A program made the position numbers and the translations under genes. This document shows, one piece after another, positions 1-12,400 of a DNA stretch of 34,743 nt. How positions within the stretch are numbered: the first letter of the stretch is position 1; each line of letters opens with the position of its first letter. Source of the stretch: Sphaeroforma arctica JP610 (Eukaryota); contig NW_014040503.1 of assembly GCF_001186125.1 (NCBI RefSeq), positions 17,183 to 51,925 on the forward strand, given 5' to 3'. Under the pieces are notes generated by a model. The model saw nothing but the letters and a program-made list of their open reading frames with translations, made no database searches and was not told the DNA's origin.

Positions 1-32
1 ACACACGCATACACACACACACACACGCACAC
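1..32. repeat. (CA)n microsatellite, truncated at window start
   Basis: Imperfect AC dinucleotide run seen directly. Confidence 0.9.
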
Positions 33-416
33 CTGTACCTATTTGCTGTCGTTAGGCACTCACTAAATTCGGCAGGCGTTCTTCTCATATCGTGTGTCTC
101 ATTACTGTAGCAAATGTACAAAGTAAAAAAAGGACCATCAATTAAAGCACGGAACATGAAGTAAAAAGGCGCAGCATGGATCGTATACGAACTGTAATAT
201 ATAGTGCTGAAGCTATGTGCATTTCTTGTACTTTTACATGCACAGGTATCTTTATTATTATTCTGTTTTTATCCACACAAGACATTGTAGATGTGTGAGT
301 CGGTTGTCAGTTGTCACACACACCCCGGCATTTTGAATCTGACAAAAATAGGAAAATCACTTTATTTATTTATTTTGCGTCGAACCCAGGTGTCATCAGA
401 AAAATTACAGCGCTGG

Positions 417-534
417 AAAGTCACTAAATGTACATAAAAGAGTCTAAATGTACTTTTTAAATTTCTAAAGAAAATTAAAAAATTGGGCAATTAGAAAACG
501 TACCCGTAAATATGTATGTACATTTAGTGACTTT
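417..534. repeat. Perfect 20-bp inverted repeat around an AT-rich spacer (MITE-like remnant)
   Basis: AAAGTCACTAAATGTACATA (417-436) is the exact reverse complement of TATGTACATTTAGTGACTTT (515-534). No clear TSD. Confidence 0.6.
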
Positions 535-2173
535 TATAGTATTTCGAGACATATGAACTCGCCAGGGGAGACGCGGCGCAGGGCATCCTCTCCAAATATT
601 TTCCAGAAAGACTTGTTGCTAGATAGATCTTACGATGGTCGCCGATTGCTTATTGTCGAATTGCTCTGTGTGTTTAGCACATAATGTTTTTAAAGTTGCC
701 GTTCCTACATTCTGCGAATCCGTGAAATGTCAAATAGTGGTAAGTGGAACGTACGTAATTTTGACATGTTGCGCTATTATAGATTATGTCGGGTTTAGAA
801 TCTCGTCTTTCCTATCTCAATTTAACTCCCGTAGAGTGGCCAGGTGTTCCTTAGCAATGTCCGTACAGAACATGTCACAGAAAGTTATCTCGGCGCTGAC
901 TTCATGCTTAAGAAAGTAAGCAAATATCATGCCGCAATTGTTGACACCGACGAGTTTCATGTTGATGACAATGAGAGGCCCGCTTCGAGATCAACGTGGA
1001 ATGTCTTGCCAGGGGCGGATTAGGTATCCGAATCTTTGGCGGCATCGGAGACAGGACGTCGACACATTTTATCTTTGACATAAGCAGGACAGGAGGATGT
1101 GAATATGCTGAGACACCAGTCTGAGATGAAGAAATTTTTTAATGGGGGGTACCGTGTGCTTATTGTTACCCATTAGTGCTCTACAGAAATCTCTTCCGAG
1201 TCATTGCCGGAAAAGGTTTCTTTGTATTATCTACATGTGAGTGGAGTTGTTTTAGTGTCTGTATGAAGCCTTTACACATTCTTGCCGTTTAGGTTCGCGA
1301 GGGTCGCACACCATGTTTTCTTGGTGAAATGGTATACTCTCATTGATGTAGAGCTGTGGCTGGTGACTAGATTGATAGAGGGGTGTACGGTCCTCCAAAT
1401 TGCAGTATATTATGACCTGAGCATTTTTAGAACTTGTAACAAAACTATATTGAATGGACCGGACGGTTCTATGTCGTGTTTTATAAATTAGTCCGAATGT
1501 AGCTTTCAATTGTCAGTATTTTCACTGTCGATGACATAAAAAGCCCCATTTTTTTTTTTGCCAGCCGTAAGCTCAATTCGGTTACACGCGTCCTTGTATT
1601 TTAGGCAATACCTCGCAGATAAGCCAGGCTGTTCGGGAAGGGGGCGAGGGGTGAGGTACCATACACTCCAGCAAGAGTTGACAGTGGGTGACTGAACTGG
1701 GTAAAAATATCGATATAACCTGACTGTATCTTGTAGCTTAAAACGAAATCGACCTCATACTGTAGTGCGTCATCGACCTCATCGACTAGTTATCGTCCGG
1801 CTTGTTAGAGTTACACGCGAGCGGTGGCAAGGCGAATATATGTTCTACCCTTTTGTCATGTAGTTGCTTATGTTCAACAGAAAACATTATGTTGTTTATA
1901 TGTTTCAATTAGGGTTTACATTGACATTGCTAAACTGATCGGCTTGTCATTGCGTGACGTGTGCGATATTCCGACGAAACTCACGAATCGAGTTCGAGAA
2001 TGTGCTGGAAATGGCGATGTGTCTTTTCGATATCACAGTATCTAAGAACAATACCAATTGTGTAGGCCCATGTAGAGGACGTCCTCGAGTGATAAAAAAA
2101 ATCAAGCAAGCGATCATTACTTCGACGAGAGGCATGATGCGACTTATCTGATGTCATTTATTAAAGATCATAC

Positions 2174-2299
2174 TGCAAAACTATGGCACCGTCGATATTG
2201 TACGAAAGTGCGGCCGCTGAGTATGGCAAGACTATAGTATTGTTGAGATCACTTTTATGATAAGCGGTAACTATAAAGGGATAGTCGGATAGCACATAT
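2174..2299 (+). ncRNA. Candidate box H/ACA snoRNA
   Basis: 5' hairpin (TGC/GCA, ACT/AGT, GCAC/GTGC, TCG/CGA), H box AGACTA at 2229-2234 (ATAGTA overlaps at 2234-2239), 3' hairpin (CTTTTAT/ATAAAGG, TTGTT/GATAG with G-U pairs), ACA at 2294-2296 plus 3 nt. About 126 nt. Folded by eye only. Confidence 0.5.
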
Positions 2300-2398
2300 C
2301 TAAACATTTATGAGGAAACTATATTTGCCCATCTGCTAAAGGTAATAGATCATCATTTCCGCATATACATATGCATGTATTTTTTTGTGGTGGGTTTT

Positions 2399-2543
2399 GT
2401 GCCATTGAACTATTTGGCATTTGGCAGTGCTATAGTACGTACTGTAAATTAATGCATTATGCATATAGTTGCGTCCATTTGAAATTTTTATCTGGTTCTA
2501 GTAGGGATATCCGACAGGTTTATCACTTTTGACACTAACAATT
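2399..2543 (+). ncRNA. Candidate structured ncRNA (H/ACA-like), copy 1 of a tandem pair
   Basis: Diverged duplicate of 2573-2716. Stem GCAGTGC/GTACTGT (G-U pairs) corresponds to ACAGTGC/GCACTGT in copy 2. Ends with ACA at 2538-2540. The hinge ATAGTT is a non-canonical H box. Confidence 0.45.
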
Positions 2544-2572
2544 CTTTTGTATCGTATTGTTATGGTAGTTTT

Positions 2573-2716
2573 GTGCCAGTGAACTATTTGGCACTTGACA
2601 GTGCTTTAGTAGGCACTGTAAATTGATGCATTATGCATATAGTTGCAGCCATTTGAGATTTTAACTTATTCTAGCAGGGATAATCGACAGGTTGTTGCTT
2701 TTGACACTCTACAATA
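2573..2716 (+). ncRNA. Candidate structured ncRNA (H/ACA-like), copy 2 of a tandem pair
   Basis: Paralog of 2399-2543 at a period of about 174 bp; ACA at 2711-2713. Confidence 0.45.
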
Positions 2717-3214
2717 CAGTTGTATCGTACTAGTTTTAACTGAATATCCGCTTTGCCCTAGCAACCTTTGTGCTAAACCCTAATTTAGCGAATGGAGTTA
2801 TTTGATCTGAAGGGGCCTTTTGTTCCAGCAAATTTGGATATGTTCTGATTCAAAAGTCAAAGCTTACTCATGGGAGTACACGATTCATATATGGTCTAAA
2901 CTTCTCGATTTAAGTCGAACGGGATATAGTATCTTAAATACGATCAAGGATGAGCTCGACGTCAAGCCAATGAGGCCGCCGCGCTTCTTTCTCCGGTGGA
3001 GATCGATGTGTCGAAAGATGATACTTTTGTGCCGCAGCCTGATTACATTGAGATATCGACACAGCAGTTTGGACCCTTAAAGCGAGCCAGCACGCCATTG
3101 AGTACATCCTTTAATAATATCCAGCTACCGGCACCGTGTCTCAGGTACGTATGACTTTGTCTACAAAGTTTATGAACAGAAATAGATTCTTACAAAAAGC
3201 CATAATCTAGCTAG

Positions 3215-3616
3215 CCTACGGGCATTTTTACTTATCTTTTGAAGGATTGCGATAGAGAGATTGTAAAAACAATTGTTTGTCAATTTTAGTTTGAATGACT
3301 TGAAAGACTGGAATGATCGTTACTATATGTGTTTACTTTTTTTGCTGTTGTCGTGATCGTTGCATTACCGTTTAAAATCTCACATCGTCACTTAAATCAG
3401 CCACTTACTACTCCTCACCTGCGGTGGTTGACTTTTTGATGGGAGGAGTGTATCCTACGGGCAAATCCATGAAATGCGATAGAGAAGATTGCACAAACTA
3501 TTTTTAGTTAGTATAACTTGATTCATTAATGTATGTTTCTATTTTGTTGCAAGCATCGTGATCGTTGCATGGCGGTTTAAAATCCCAAATCGTCACTTAA
3601 ATCAGCTACTTACCAC
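3215..3616. repeat. Diverged tandem duplication (about 3215-3410 and 3454-3616)
   Basis: Both copies start CCTACGGGCA, share GCGATAGAG and end with the near-identical block TCGTGATCGTTGCAT...GTTTAAAATC...ATCGTCACTTAAATCAGC.ACTTAC. Confidence 0.8.
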
Positions 3617-4034
3617 TTGATGGCCATGTGACAGTAGAATGTGACGTGAACCAAGCCTATATCTAAATATCAGAACGGTTCCCAAGTGAACACCTCAGAC
3701 TACATTAACATAGATAAAACTACCGGTCTGGACAGTTTGAATGCTTTCCACTTATACGTGATAGACCAGCTAGCTCCTTGACGGTCGTAATGTGAGCAAA
3801 TATAGGCTGTATGAATCTTGAAGATAGACAAGTGACGACCTTAACAATGGGCTATCCAAAACTGTTGATGGCCAATACTTGTCTATTTGTTAGTAGGGCT
3901 TAGATTGATACAACAGACTCGCTTTACCGGGTATATCAAGATTTGGCTATTGCCCTGATCTCGGCCCTTTCTTTCGAGAATGAAGCACTCATTCGTTAAA
4001 ATGACATTAAAAAAAAGTGCTTTCGGCGTCTATA

Positions 4035-4390
4035 TATTATGTGCTTATTTATTTTTATGACTGCATGTTTAGAGTGCATTAAAATTCGCCGTGGGATTAA
4101 TGTTGATCATATGGACTAGAGTGTCATAGAGCATATTTCCATTGGAGAGCTGTAAATAAGTGAGATTTCTTGAAACTGGCCAAATTTTCGATAAAAATTA
4201 TAAAGCAACGAATGGTACTTGGAAGATTATATTATGTTTATTCATTTTTATGATTGCATGTTTAGAGTGCATTTAAATTCGCCGTGGGAATAATGTTGCC
4301 CATGTGAACTAGAGTGTCATATAGTATAATTCCGTTAGAGGGTCACAAATATATGTAATTTCTTGCAGAATGTCCGTTACTCCGGGATAC
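4035..4390 (+). ncRNA. Diverged tandem pair of candidate H/ACA-like RNAs (about 4035-4172 and 4230-4390)
   Basis: Shared core TGCATGTTTAGAGTGCATT.AAATTCGCCGTGGGA.TAATGTTG. The basal stem ATGAY...GTGTCAT is followed directly by ANANNA in both copies (AGAGCA 4128-4133, ATAGTA 4321-4326). The ACA box is not clean. Confidence 0.4.
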
Positions 4391-6415
4391 TGGCAATATC
4401 CTCGGCCATAGTTATCAGCATCAAATGTTTTTTTTTTGGACGGCACATGCCACCCTAAAACTTGCGACAGCCTTTTTTCACCGCCATGACAGAGCGAATA
4501 GATTTGTATTGTTTTTTTTTAAGAGTCATGACACGAATGATCCCAGCACCACGTGAGTCGGGCAGTTGTGCTTTTACGAGTCTTGAGATGTGGTATACCA
4601 ATGTACTGCTATTTAACAGGCACAATGGCAGAACTGCAAAGTAAATGTCAATCAAAATAGGGTATCTGAGCAAAGATAAAGTCCCTATGTGAGGTATCAC
4701 ATTGTCGGTTTTGTCTCGATACAAACAGTGAATAAATAATTTCAATCCATAGGCACATGCCACCAATCTGGTAGCAGCAGGAATATCAGTGATGTCTTAT
4801 GCACGCAAGCGTAGGAACAATGAAATATCCACCTCTGACCTTAGCTTAAACTACAACAGGTATATATCATACAAAAAGAAGCAGTCTCAAAGTAAAAAAT
4901 ACTGTTATGTCATTACAAGTTTGCTATCATTTTGTACCCCTTGTCAACTATCGCTAGGCAGATAATTGCCACGACCTAAACATATCTGAGTAGCACCGAT
5001 GACATTAACTGGCATTCAAAACCCTAAACTTACCCTGTATTCAATTTGTCGATTATAATTTTAACAATCAATATGCACACTAAACTTGCAGGGCTGAAAG
5101 TAGAAAAAATATCGGACTTCCGGACATGCATATCGTTGTAACAAAATCTATTATCTGATGGAGACGCGCCGAGAAATTCATTTCATTGCCATTCAAATAT
5201 GGGCAAACACTTTCCTAAAGTTCACGTGAGATTTGTGAAACCCATTCTCAATTGTTCTTATCATCGGATGTGTCAGTTTTGAGTAAATAAAAGTTATTTG
5301 ATTTCCCTACATCGCGTACCATATTTCAAAGTGTATAAATCAATTGGAAATACTGTCATCGTCATGAATATTTTCGACGCATATAACCGGTGATCTGGCA
5401 GGTTTCTGGCCATTCGCGCGGGATATAAGGGAATGTCCAAAGCTGATGTACTCTGTGTTCGTTAGAATATATTTCAAACTTATATCATCATACACTATGC
5501 GAGACCTAGCAAGTTTAATGCGATAGGTATTATGGACTTGAGCTTTGAATACAAAAATGTTGTTGCAAGCCAATTATTACCTGCTAGTTGAGTTACCTTA
5601 TTTTAGCTTCCATTCCGGGAACAAGATCAGTTGTAGTTTAAGTATCAATCGTCTAATTTTATCAAACGATAATATGTGATCCATATTCGTATAGCACTTT
5701 TATTCTATACGAATGTATCCTTCGTGTTTGTATTTTGCCTGTGAGTCCGTCACACTCTAGCCCGATAAAATAAATAAATATCGCAAGTTGTACGCAAGTT
5801 GTACATTTAAAATTCTAAACATTCTAGCATTTATACTTTTCCTAAAGCGCAACGAAATTAATTTCCAAATTTCCAGTCTGTAAGTGTCTTCATTCGTAGT
5901 CAACCAATTACATCACATTTGCACACTTTGGCTCATGCGTCCTGCGCATACACGTGAATGAATGCGAGCTTAAAAACAGTAATACTGTGCCAAATACTCT
6001 TGTGGGCCAATCAACAATATCATAACAATTTTGGGTTGTATTTCCGTATGCATTTGTATTCACAAGACAATAAAAGATAGCTGCCACGTGGGTGTTGGAT
6101 GCAGGGGATACTAATCCGAAGTGGCATGGCAAGTGATTTACTTCTTTAAGTAGAAGAGTGTCGTGCCAACCAATTCTCAATTTCGCACTGAATATTTAAA
6201 TGTGCTTTACCGCAGTCACACCCAAAGCTTTCAAGTGGCCTTCAAAGAATGTGGTATATGCTGGCCGTGCTCACCATGAAGGTGTTTGCTCCGAAGTTTA
6301 TTTTTTTATTCGCCGCAAGTTCAGTGTTGGGGACTCGTTACATCGTGGCAAACAACACTATCCATACCCGTGTCACCAACAGGGCTCATCGGGAACAAGC
6401 CAGATAACCAACAAT

Positions 6416-9400
6416 TTAAACTTTGTCTTGGCGAGTTTGCATTTGCGATACTTGGGCCTGGTTTGCATTTTTCTGGCGTGTATGATACGTGCGTGGTAAA
6501 GGCGATGGCTGCGATGATGGAGGTGATTCTGTTGGCTGTAGTGTCGATGTCGATTGCGACTTGGGCAAAAGCTGCGATGGTTGTGTCGACAGTTGATGCT
6601 GCGCATATTGTTGCAAAGGGGTTTGCTGCGACATCTTTATAGGTCCAACGTACCCCTTATGAGCTACCAGTGTTGACGAGCTCTCTGAGTGTGGCTCGCA
6701 GCCTGATTGCTGTGCACATACTCCCAATGCAGATGAGGTGCTCGCCATCTGTTGTTGTGAAATTGGTGTCCCGTCACCTTGCTGTGGGTGTATAGTCAGA
6801 GTGGGTGATGCGCCCTCGAGTTGCAATTGTGACTGCTCGGGTAGCTGTTGTACTTGTGACTCCTGCGCCTTGTCCGGAGGCTGATTCGGGTGCCCTTGCT
6901 GTGGAGGCTTTGCCAATAGCGGAGCGCTATCCAAATTCACTGACGACGACCTTGATACAGGCGGCGGATTCGTAGATTTTGCTTCAACGACGGGTGCTTG
7001 CTCCGTATTTGATTGACTGGTGCGCAAGTGCGAGTCGCTTGCAATGGGCTGTATATGTGTTGTGCTAGGCATCGACTGACAGCTTATATGTGGTGAATCG
7101 CTGGCAGATGCTTGTGGTAGTTCAGAGGACAGCTGGGGCTGATTACTGGACGATGACAATTGTGTGGTCGGCAGTTTGCTTTGATCGGTGGGCGCCAGAG
7201 ACGATGTGGCGGCTAGTTGTAGCTGGCTAGACGACTGCGAATGACCGGGCATTGGCTGTGATTGGCCGGTGGATAGCTGTGCTCCACCGACTGAAGGCTG
7301 TGAAGTATCGGCAGACCATTGCGCCTGAGTAGCAGACGGCTGTGACTGACCTGCTAATGGCCTGGATTGGCCAGCAGGCAGTTGAGATTGACTAGCAGAC
7401 TGGGTTAGGATTTGACGTTGATGTTGAGCGCTGTACTGGGTGCTATTCAATCGACTGCTTTGTTGGGTCTGGTCGTTATTTACCTGACTAATTTGCTGTG
7501 TGCCAGAGTGTGAAATCTGAGGAGAGCTGAGTTTCGTATGCATTAGTCCGTTGGAATGTGCAGTAGACATTTGTGCAGCCCATGTATTTGCTCCTGGTGT
7601 GTTTCGATTACCTGGAGATGCATCTGCGACGCTAGCCCTCACACCCGCCCCATCACCACCTAGAGCGGGTGATGTGGTCAAGGTAGCCGATTTCATGTCA
7701 CGGGCGACCATAGGCTGCACGGCACCTACAGTGCCAGATGTACTAGTCGCTGTGCCATAATTATAGCCAACAGTGGCTGCGGCGGTCTCGCACCCGATTG
7801 CACGCGTGTCTGTCTGTGGTAAATTGGCGTTGGCATTGGTATTATTTGTACCAAGTGTTTGGATATCGGGCGATGTAGACGTAGTTGTAGTGGAATTGTT
7901 GGATGATGTGTACGTTGCATGCATTGAGTGTGCAACAAACTTTGTTTTCGGTACATTTGTAGGCTGTACATTGGAAGTAGTGGATGAAGCGATTGATGTG
8001 TTATAGGTTGCGTGGGGCTGCTGTGGTGGACCTGACTGTGTATATAAGGTTGCTGCTGACATTGAAGCCGTATTTGTTGGAGGTAAATTCGCTGAATGTG
8101 AGCTGATGGCGTGTGCATTTTTGCCTGATGGTATACGTGTATGTTGCGCTGACTGCACTTGTGGCCGTGACAGCTGCTGCACCGACGATGTAACTTCATG
8201 ATTGGTTGATTGTTGTGACAGCTGTGCGCCCGTCACGGGTACCTGGGACACGCCGATGCCAGTATTTGAAAGTGCGCCAATATTTTTATCACTGTACCTA
8301 GCACTACCAGCAATTCCATAACCGTTATTGGGAGTCATGACAGCGGTGCTAACAGTATCAGTACTTTGAGTGTTAGTCTGCTTCGCTTGCTGTGACGCGG
8401 GTTGGTTGACGCGTTGATTTGCGTGCTGCTGATACACAGATGCGCCCGACTGTTTGGACAGGTAGGACGTAGCTGTCGGGGACGCTGTGGATGATGCGCT
8501 CGATCGGCGACTGACGGATACTGATGCACGCCTAGCATCCGTGGTTGTACTCGAAGCTGTGCCTGGAGTATTGGGTACAACACTAGATCCTACACTGCCA
8601 TTGACTCCGGCTCCATTGCCACTCGTCGACTGAAAGCCATTCGAGTATGAAGTTGTCACCCTATTCAGCATGCTGCCACTACTGGCACTGTTTAACGCAG
8701 CACCTGGCGTAGTCGTTACAGGAGTACTGTAATGTGTTTGATAGTTGGCCTGGAACGATGTTCGCTTCCCCACTAACTGTTGACTAACATTCGTAGCTTG
8801 TGTACTGCTCACCACCGTAGGCCTAGTACCGTTTAAAGATTGCCTAGTATTATTTACGGATTGCTTGCTTGTTTTTGTTGACATACTGTTGGCATTCATT
8901 GGCAACACCTGTCCCCCGGTCTGCTTAGGCGTGTTGATGGTCGCGGCGTGATTGACGGAAGCATTGTTGGTGGTGTTGGCAGCGTACTGTTTCCCACCAC
9001 TGGCTGCATATTTGCTTGTAAATTGCTTTGAAGAGCTGGTCGCCGATTTGTTTTCATATGTGGGGTTGGCGTATTTTGTCGCCGGATAGTTGGTCTGCAA
9101 TCCATTCGAATTTGGTATATAAGAATTATTCCTTGTGGAAGCGTATGTATTGGACGTGGGCGTCGGTGCATATCCTGTATTGTACGATGATGCGGCACCT
9201 TCAGTTTGGGGCTGTACAGTAGATGGGGCATACGTCTGCTGCGGAATGGCGGTGGTAGTGGTAGGCTGATACACTGCTGATGCAAGGAGTGGGCGTGTAC
9301 CCCCAGCTGTACCCATTGATGCACCTGTGAACTTATTTATGGCCGGAACAGCCCCACCTACGCCTGATGTGGTCTGATGTGATGTCGTAGCATTCACGGT

Positions 9401-12400
9401 TGTGGTGGCAACTGAGGGCGTGCTCATGGCAACAGAGCCGGTAGACGACGTGCGGCGTTCAATCTTGAACTGCTGCTGCATTTGGCGTTGGTTGGGTTTG
9501 GTATGCGGTTTGGTAGCGGCACGCGCAGTATTAGAGTGTTGTGGATATGCTGCTGGTGAAGATGTGGTGGTAGTCGTTACAGTGTTGTATGTCGGATTTT
9601 GCTGCACTGCACTGACTCGTTGCTGATTCTGATGTTGAGTTAAAGGTGCAGTGTTCAGTTGCATGTTACTCTGCACGTAATTTTTGTGTGCCTGTGATTT
9701 ACTGCCCGACATAGCCATACCGCCGAGTTTCTGACTGTTTTGATACGCATTGTGTGACTGGGTTGGTTTCGGTATATTGTTGGTTGTATACGCGGGTAGA
9801 TTCGTGGACGGCAAGGCTGCAGATCCTTGCAATGGTTTGCTGCCGACATCAGACGTTTCAGAAGAGCTAAATTGTGTGTCTGCTGGTACGGGGGTTTTAC
9901 TGATGATTGTACGTGGAGGGTAAAAGGTCTCGTCCTTGGTGCAGACATTGCCTTCTAGTTTGTATAGCTTCTTGAAGTCCATCACGTAATGATCAGCGCA
10001 AGAGTAATCACCCAGCACAAACTGTTTCATTGTTGGCTCCGCACTGCGCGGTAATTTTACGATGCGCAAAATGCCTTCATATACACTGTTCCGATTAAGT
10101 ACGATGTCCAGTCCAGTTGAACCTGTGCATTGCATGCAAAGAATGACACACAAGTCAATGAATGCAGCGACATAATAAATCTATAGTCGAAGTCCTATTA
10201 AATATATATGCACTGGCAAACACACTCGGACGGTACACACATGAGGCTAAATTGTGAAATTTCAGTTAATAATACTTATAGACGAGAGGAAGCGAGGGAG
10301 AAGGCGGGAGGGGGGAGGCAAACAAAGTCTTGCCACACTCAAAGTGTATCGAGAGTTGTTGGCATACGATCGCATAGGTAGCCACATATATCCACTACTA
10401 ACCGTGCAACCTTGTATGATACACCATGCGAACTCGCATTGTCAACTATACTTATCGCAATATACGCTCGAGCATACAAACTTACCAGCTTTGCCCTGAA
10501 AAACAACTGTTCTGCAATGGATAGCTCCAGTACTGAGTCGCGTTGGTATTTCGGGCCGTGTCGTCGGTAATTTCACTGCCACTCTGCTTGTAACTGGTGT
10601 CTTTGCAGCGCTCGCTGCCCCCACAGCGTTCAACGCATACGGGTCTCGCACTCGAGAACGATTGCATACCGTCACATCCAAGCTCGAATCTGTATATAGT
10701 GACGTATGTATTGCGAAAGTAGGATAAATAGCGAGTTGACTGATTTCAATTTCTGATCTCGAATAAATTCTAATACACCGTCGGCGTGTCTCGTGTCCGG
10801 TGCAAATCAGCAGTTTCGGAAGAGAAGTCGTGCCTCACGGGCACCATATTGATCTCTCTCTGCCCTCATCGCTTTCCTCGCTCAGTAATGTAGTTAAAGT
10901 CATATTATTCAGAGCAAACGAAGCGAGGCTGTAGCAGACATACACAGGGGTCTCAGTACTATCTAACACAATAATGATGCAACAATGGAATAACTTACGA
11001 AGTGGAGACATGTTCGCATCTGTACTCCCTCTGAGGCGTCCCAAGAAATTGAGAACTGCAAATTGGGACTGGGAACGGCCGCTGATACGCTCAGTCCATG
11101 AATTTTGCACTTGGTTTGCGCTCACTGCCTTGTCTTCAGTCGAGACTACAATGCGTGTGGTCACTATGCGTGTGGTCACTGCCTCTGATTTGTAACGCTT
11201 ACTCATAGCAGACTGTAAAAGCAGGAGCACGCGTACAATGGTTGATATATTAAGTTTATCTTGAATTCTTTTTTTATAGTGAAAGTCAATAAATAGGAAT
11301 TTTCATACCATGCAACAGCTACTGAGATTAGAAAAACGTTGAGTTTTCAGACATAAAGACACCACTAAACGTCAATTCCATGCTTTGCAAGTGTGAGGAG
11401 TGACACTATCGAACATCGAACCTATTCCCAAGCAAAACGTGCACATATGACATATATCTAAGGTGCTTCATTCCCAAATTCAGCAGGTAGAAACAAGCAG
11501 GGATAGGCATTAATCAAGATGACAAGAGTCAACCTTTAGGTTTACCGAGTCATTATGAACAGACTTTAGTCGATAATACGCACATGCTATCTACAAACTA
11601 AAGATACAATGTTGATCTATGATGCACAAACTGCTCACATATTGTATATATATACTACGATAAATGGATATGCAGATACGCACAGTCGACACGAGTATAA
11701 ACACCTGCACAGGTATACTCGCTGATCTCTTGAAAGGCTTTTCAACCAATCCCACTTCTGAACCAGAGACATCTTCGCCATCACTTAAACTCATTTCGGT
11801 AATCTCCATTCCTTGATCGAACAAATTTGCAGCGAAGTCCCAATGTACTTCGGCGGATTGCCTTGCAGATGCTTTCTGCTTTGCGCTCTTGCACCTAAAT
11901 CATCAAAATACATCAAAAAACATAATTTTTAAATCGGGACTTCCCAACTTTCGTAGCACAGCAACCACTCACTGCTCATACCTTTGAAGATATGCTCAGC
12001 ATAGTGTTCTGCGGACACTGCGTTTTCAGCGGTGTTAATTTTCTTTGCTCACCTGTTGTAGCTTCCGCGCCAGCGTTGTGGCCCAGGCACCCCTCAGAAA
12101 AATGAAATGACTGATAGACTACACGCCAACAACACATTTTCAACACTCGTAAAACAAAATAATATACATCCACAGCTAATAAATATTTGAGAGTGGACGC
12201 ACGATCAAGCAGTATGATACATATACATACTTTCTGTTGTGCAGCACAGCATGTAGCTTGTGTCTGTTGTAATGTGAACTGATATTTACATAGTGCACAA
12301 AGGGACTCGGATCCAAACACAAGGCTTGCGTGCTGGTGGCCGCGATGACTTTTGCTTCTATCTGCAATAACTCTCTTTCTCCCCACTCCTTCTGCGCAGC

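Noticed and set aside
963..1124. Possible C/D box snoRNA (TTGATGA...CCAGTCTGA), also 4788-4838
   Set aside because: The boxes are present, but I could not recognise any rRNA/snRNA antisense element, so they are not called.
2773..2783. CTAAACCCTAA as a telomerase RNA template or telo-box
   Set aside because: Short motif that can occur by chance in AT-rich DNA (similar ones near 1908 and 5019); no supporting telomerase RNA structure identified.
635..6180. Short ORFs in the first 6 kb
   Set aside because: Mostly non-ATG starts, no protein motifs, and no consistent spliced reading frame found.
6200..9948. Many overlapping or antisense ORFs
   Set aside because: Shadows of the long low-complexity Spt20 exon.
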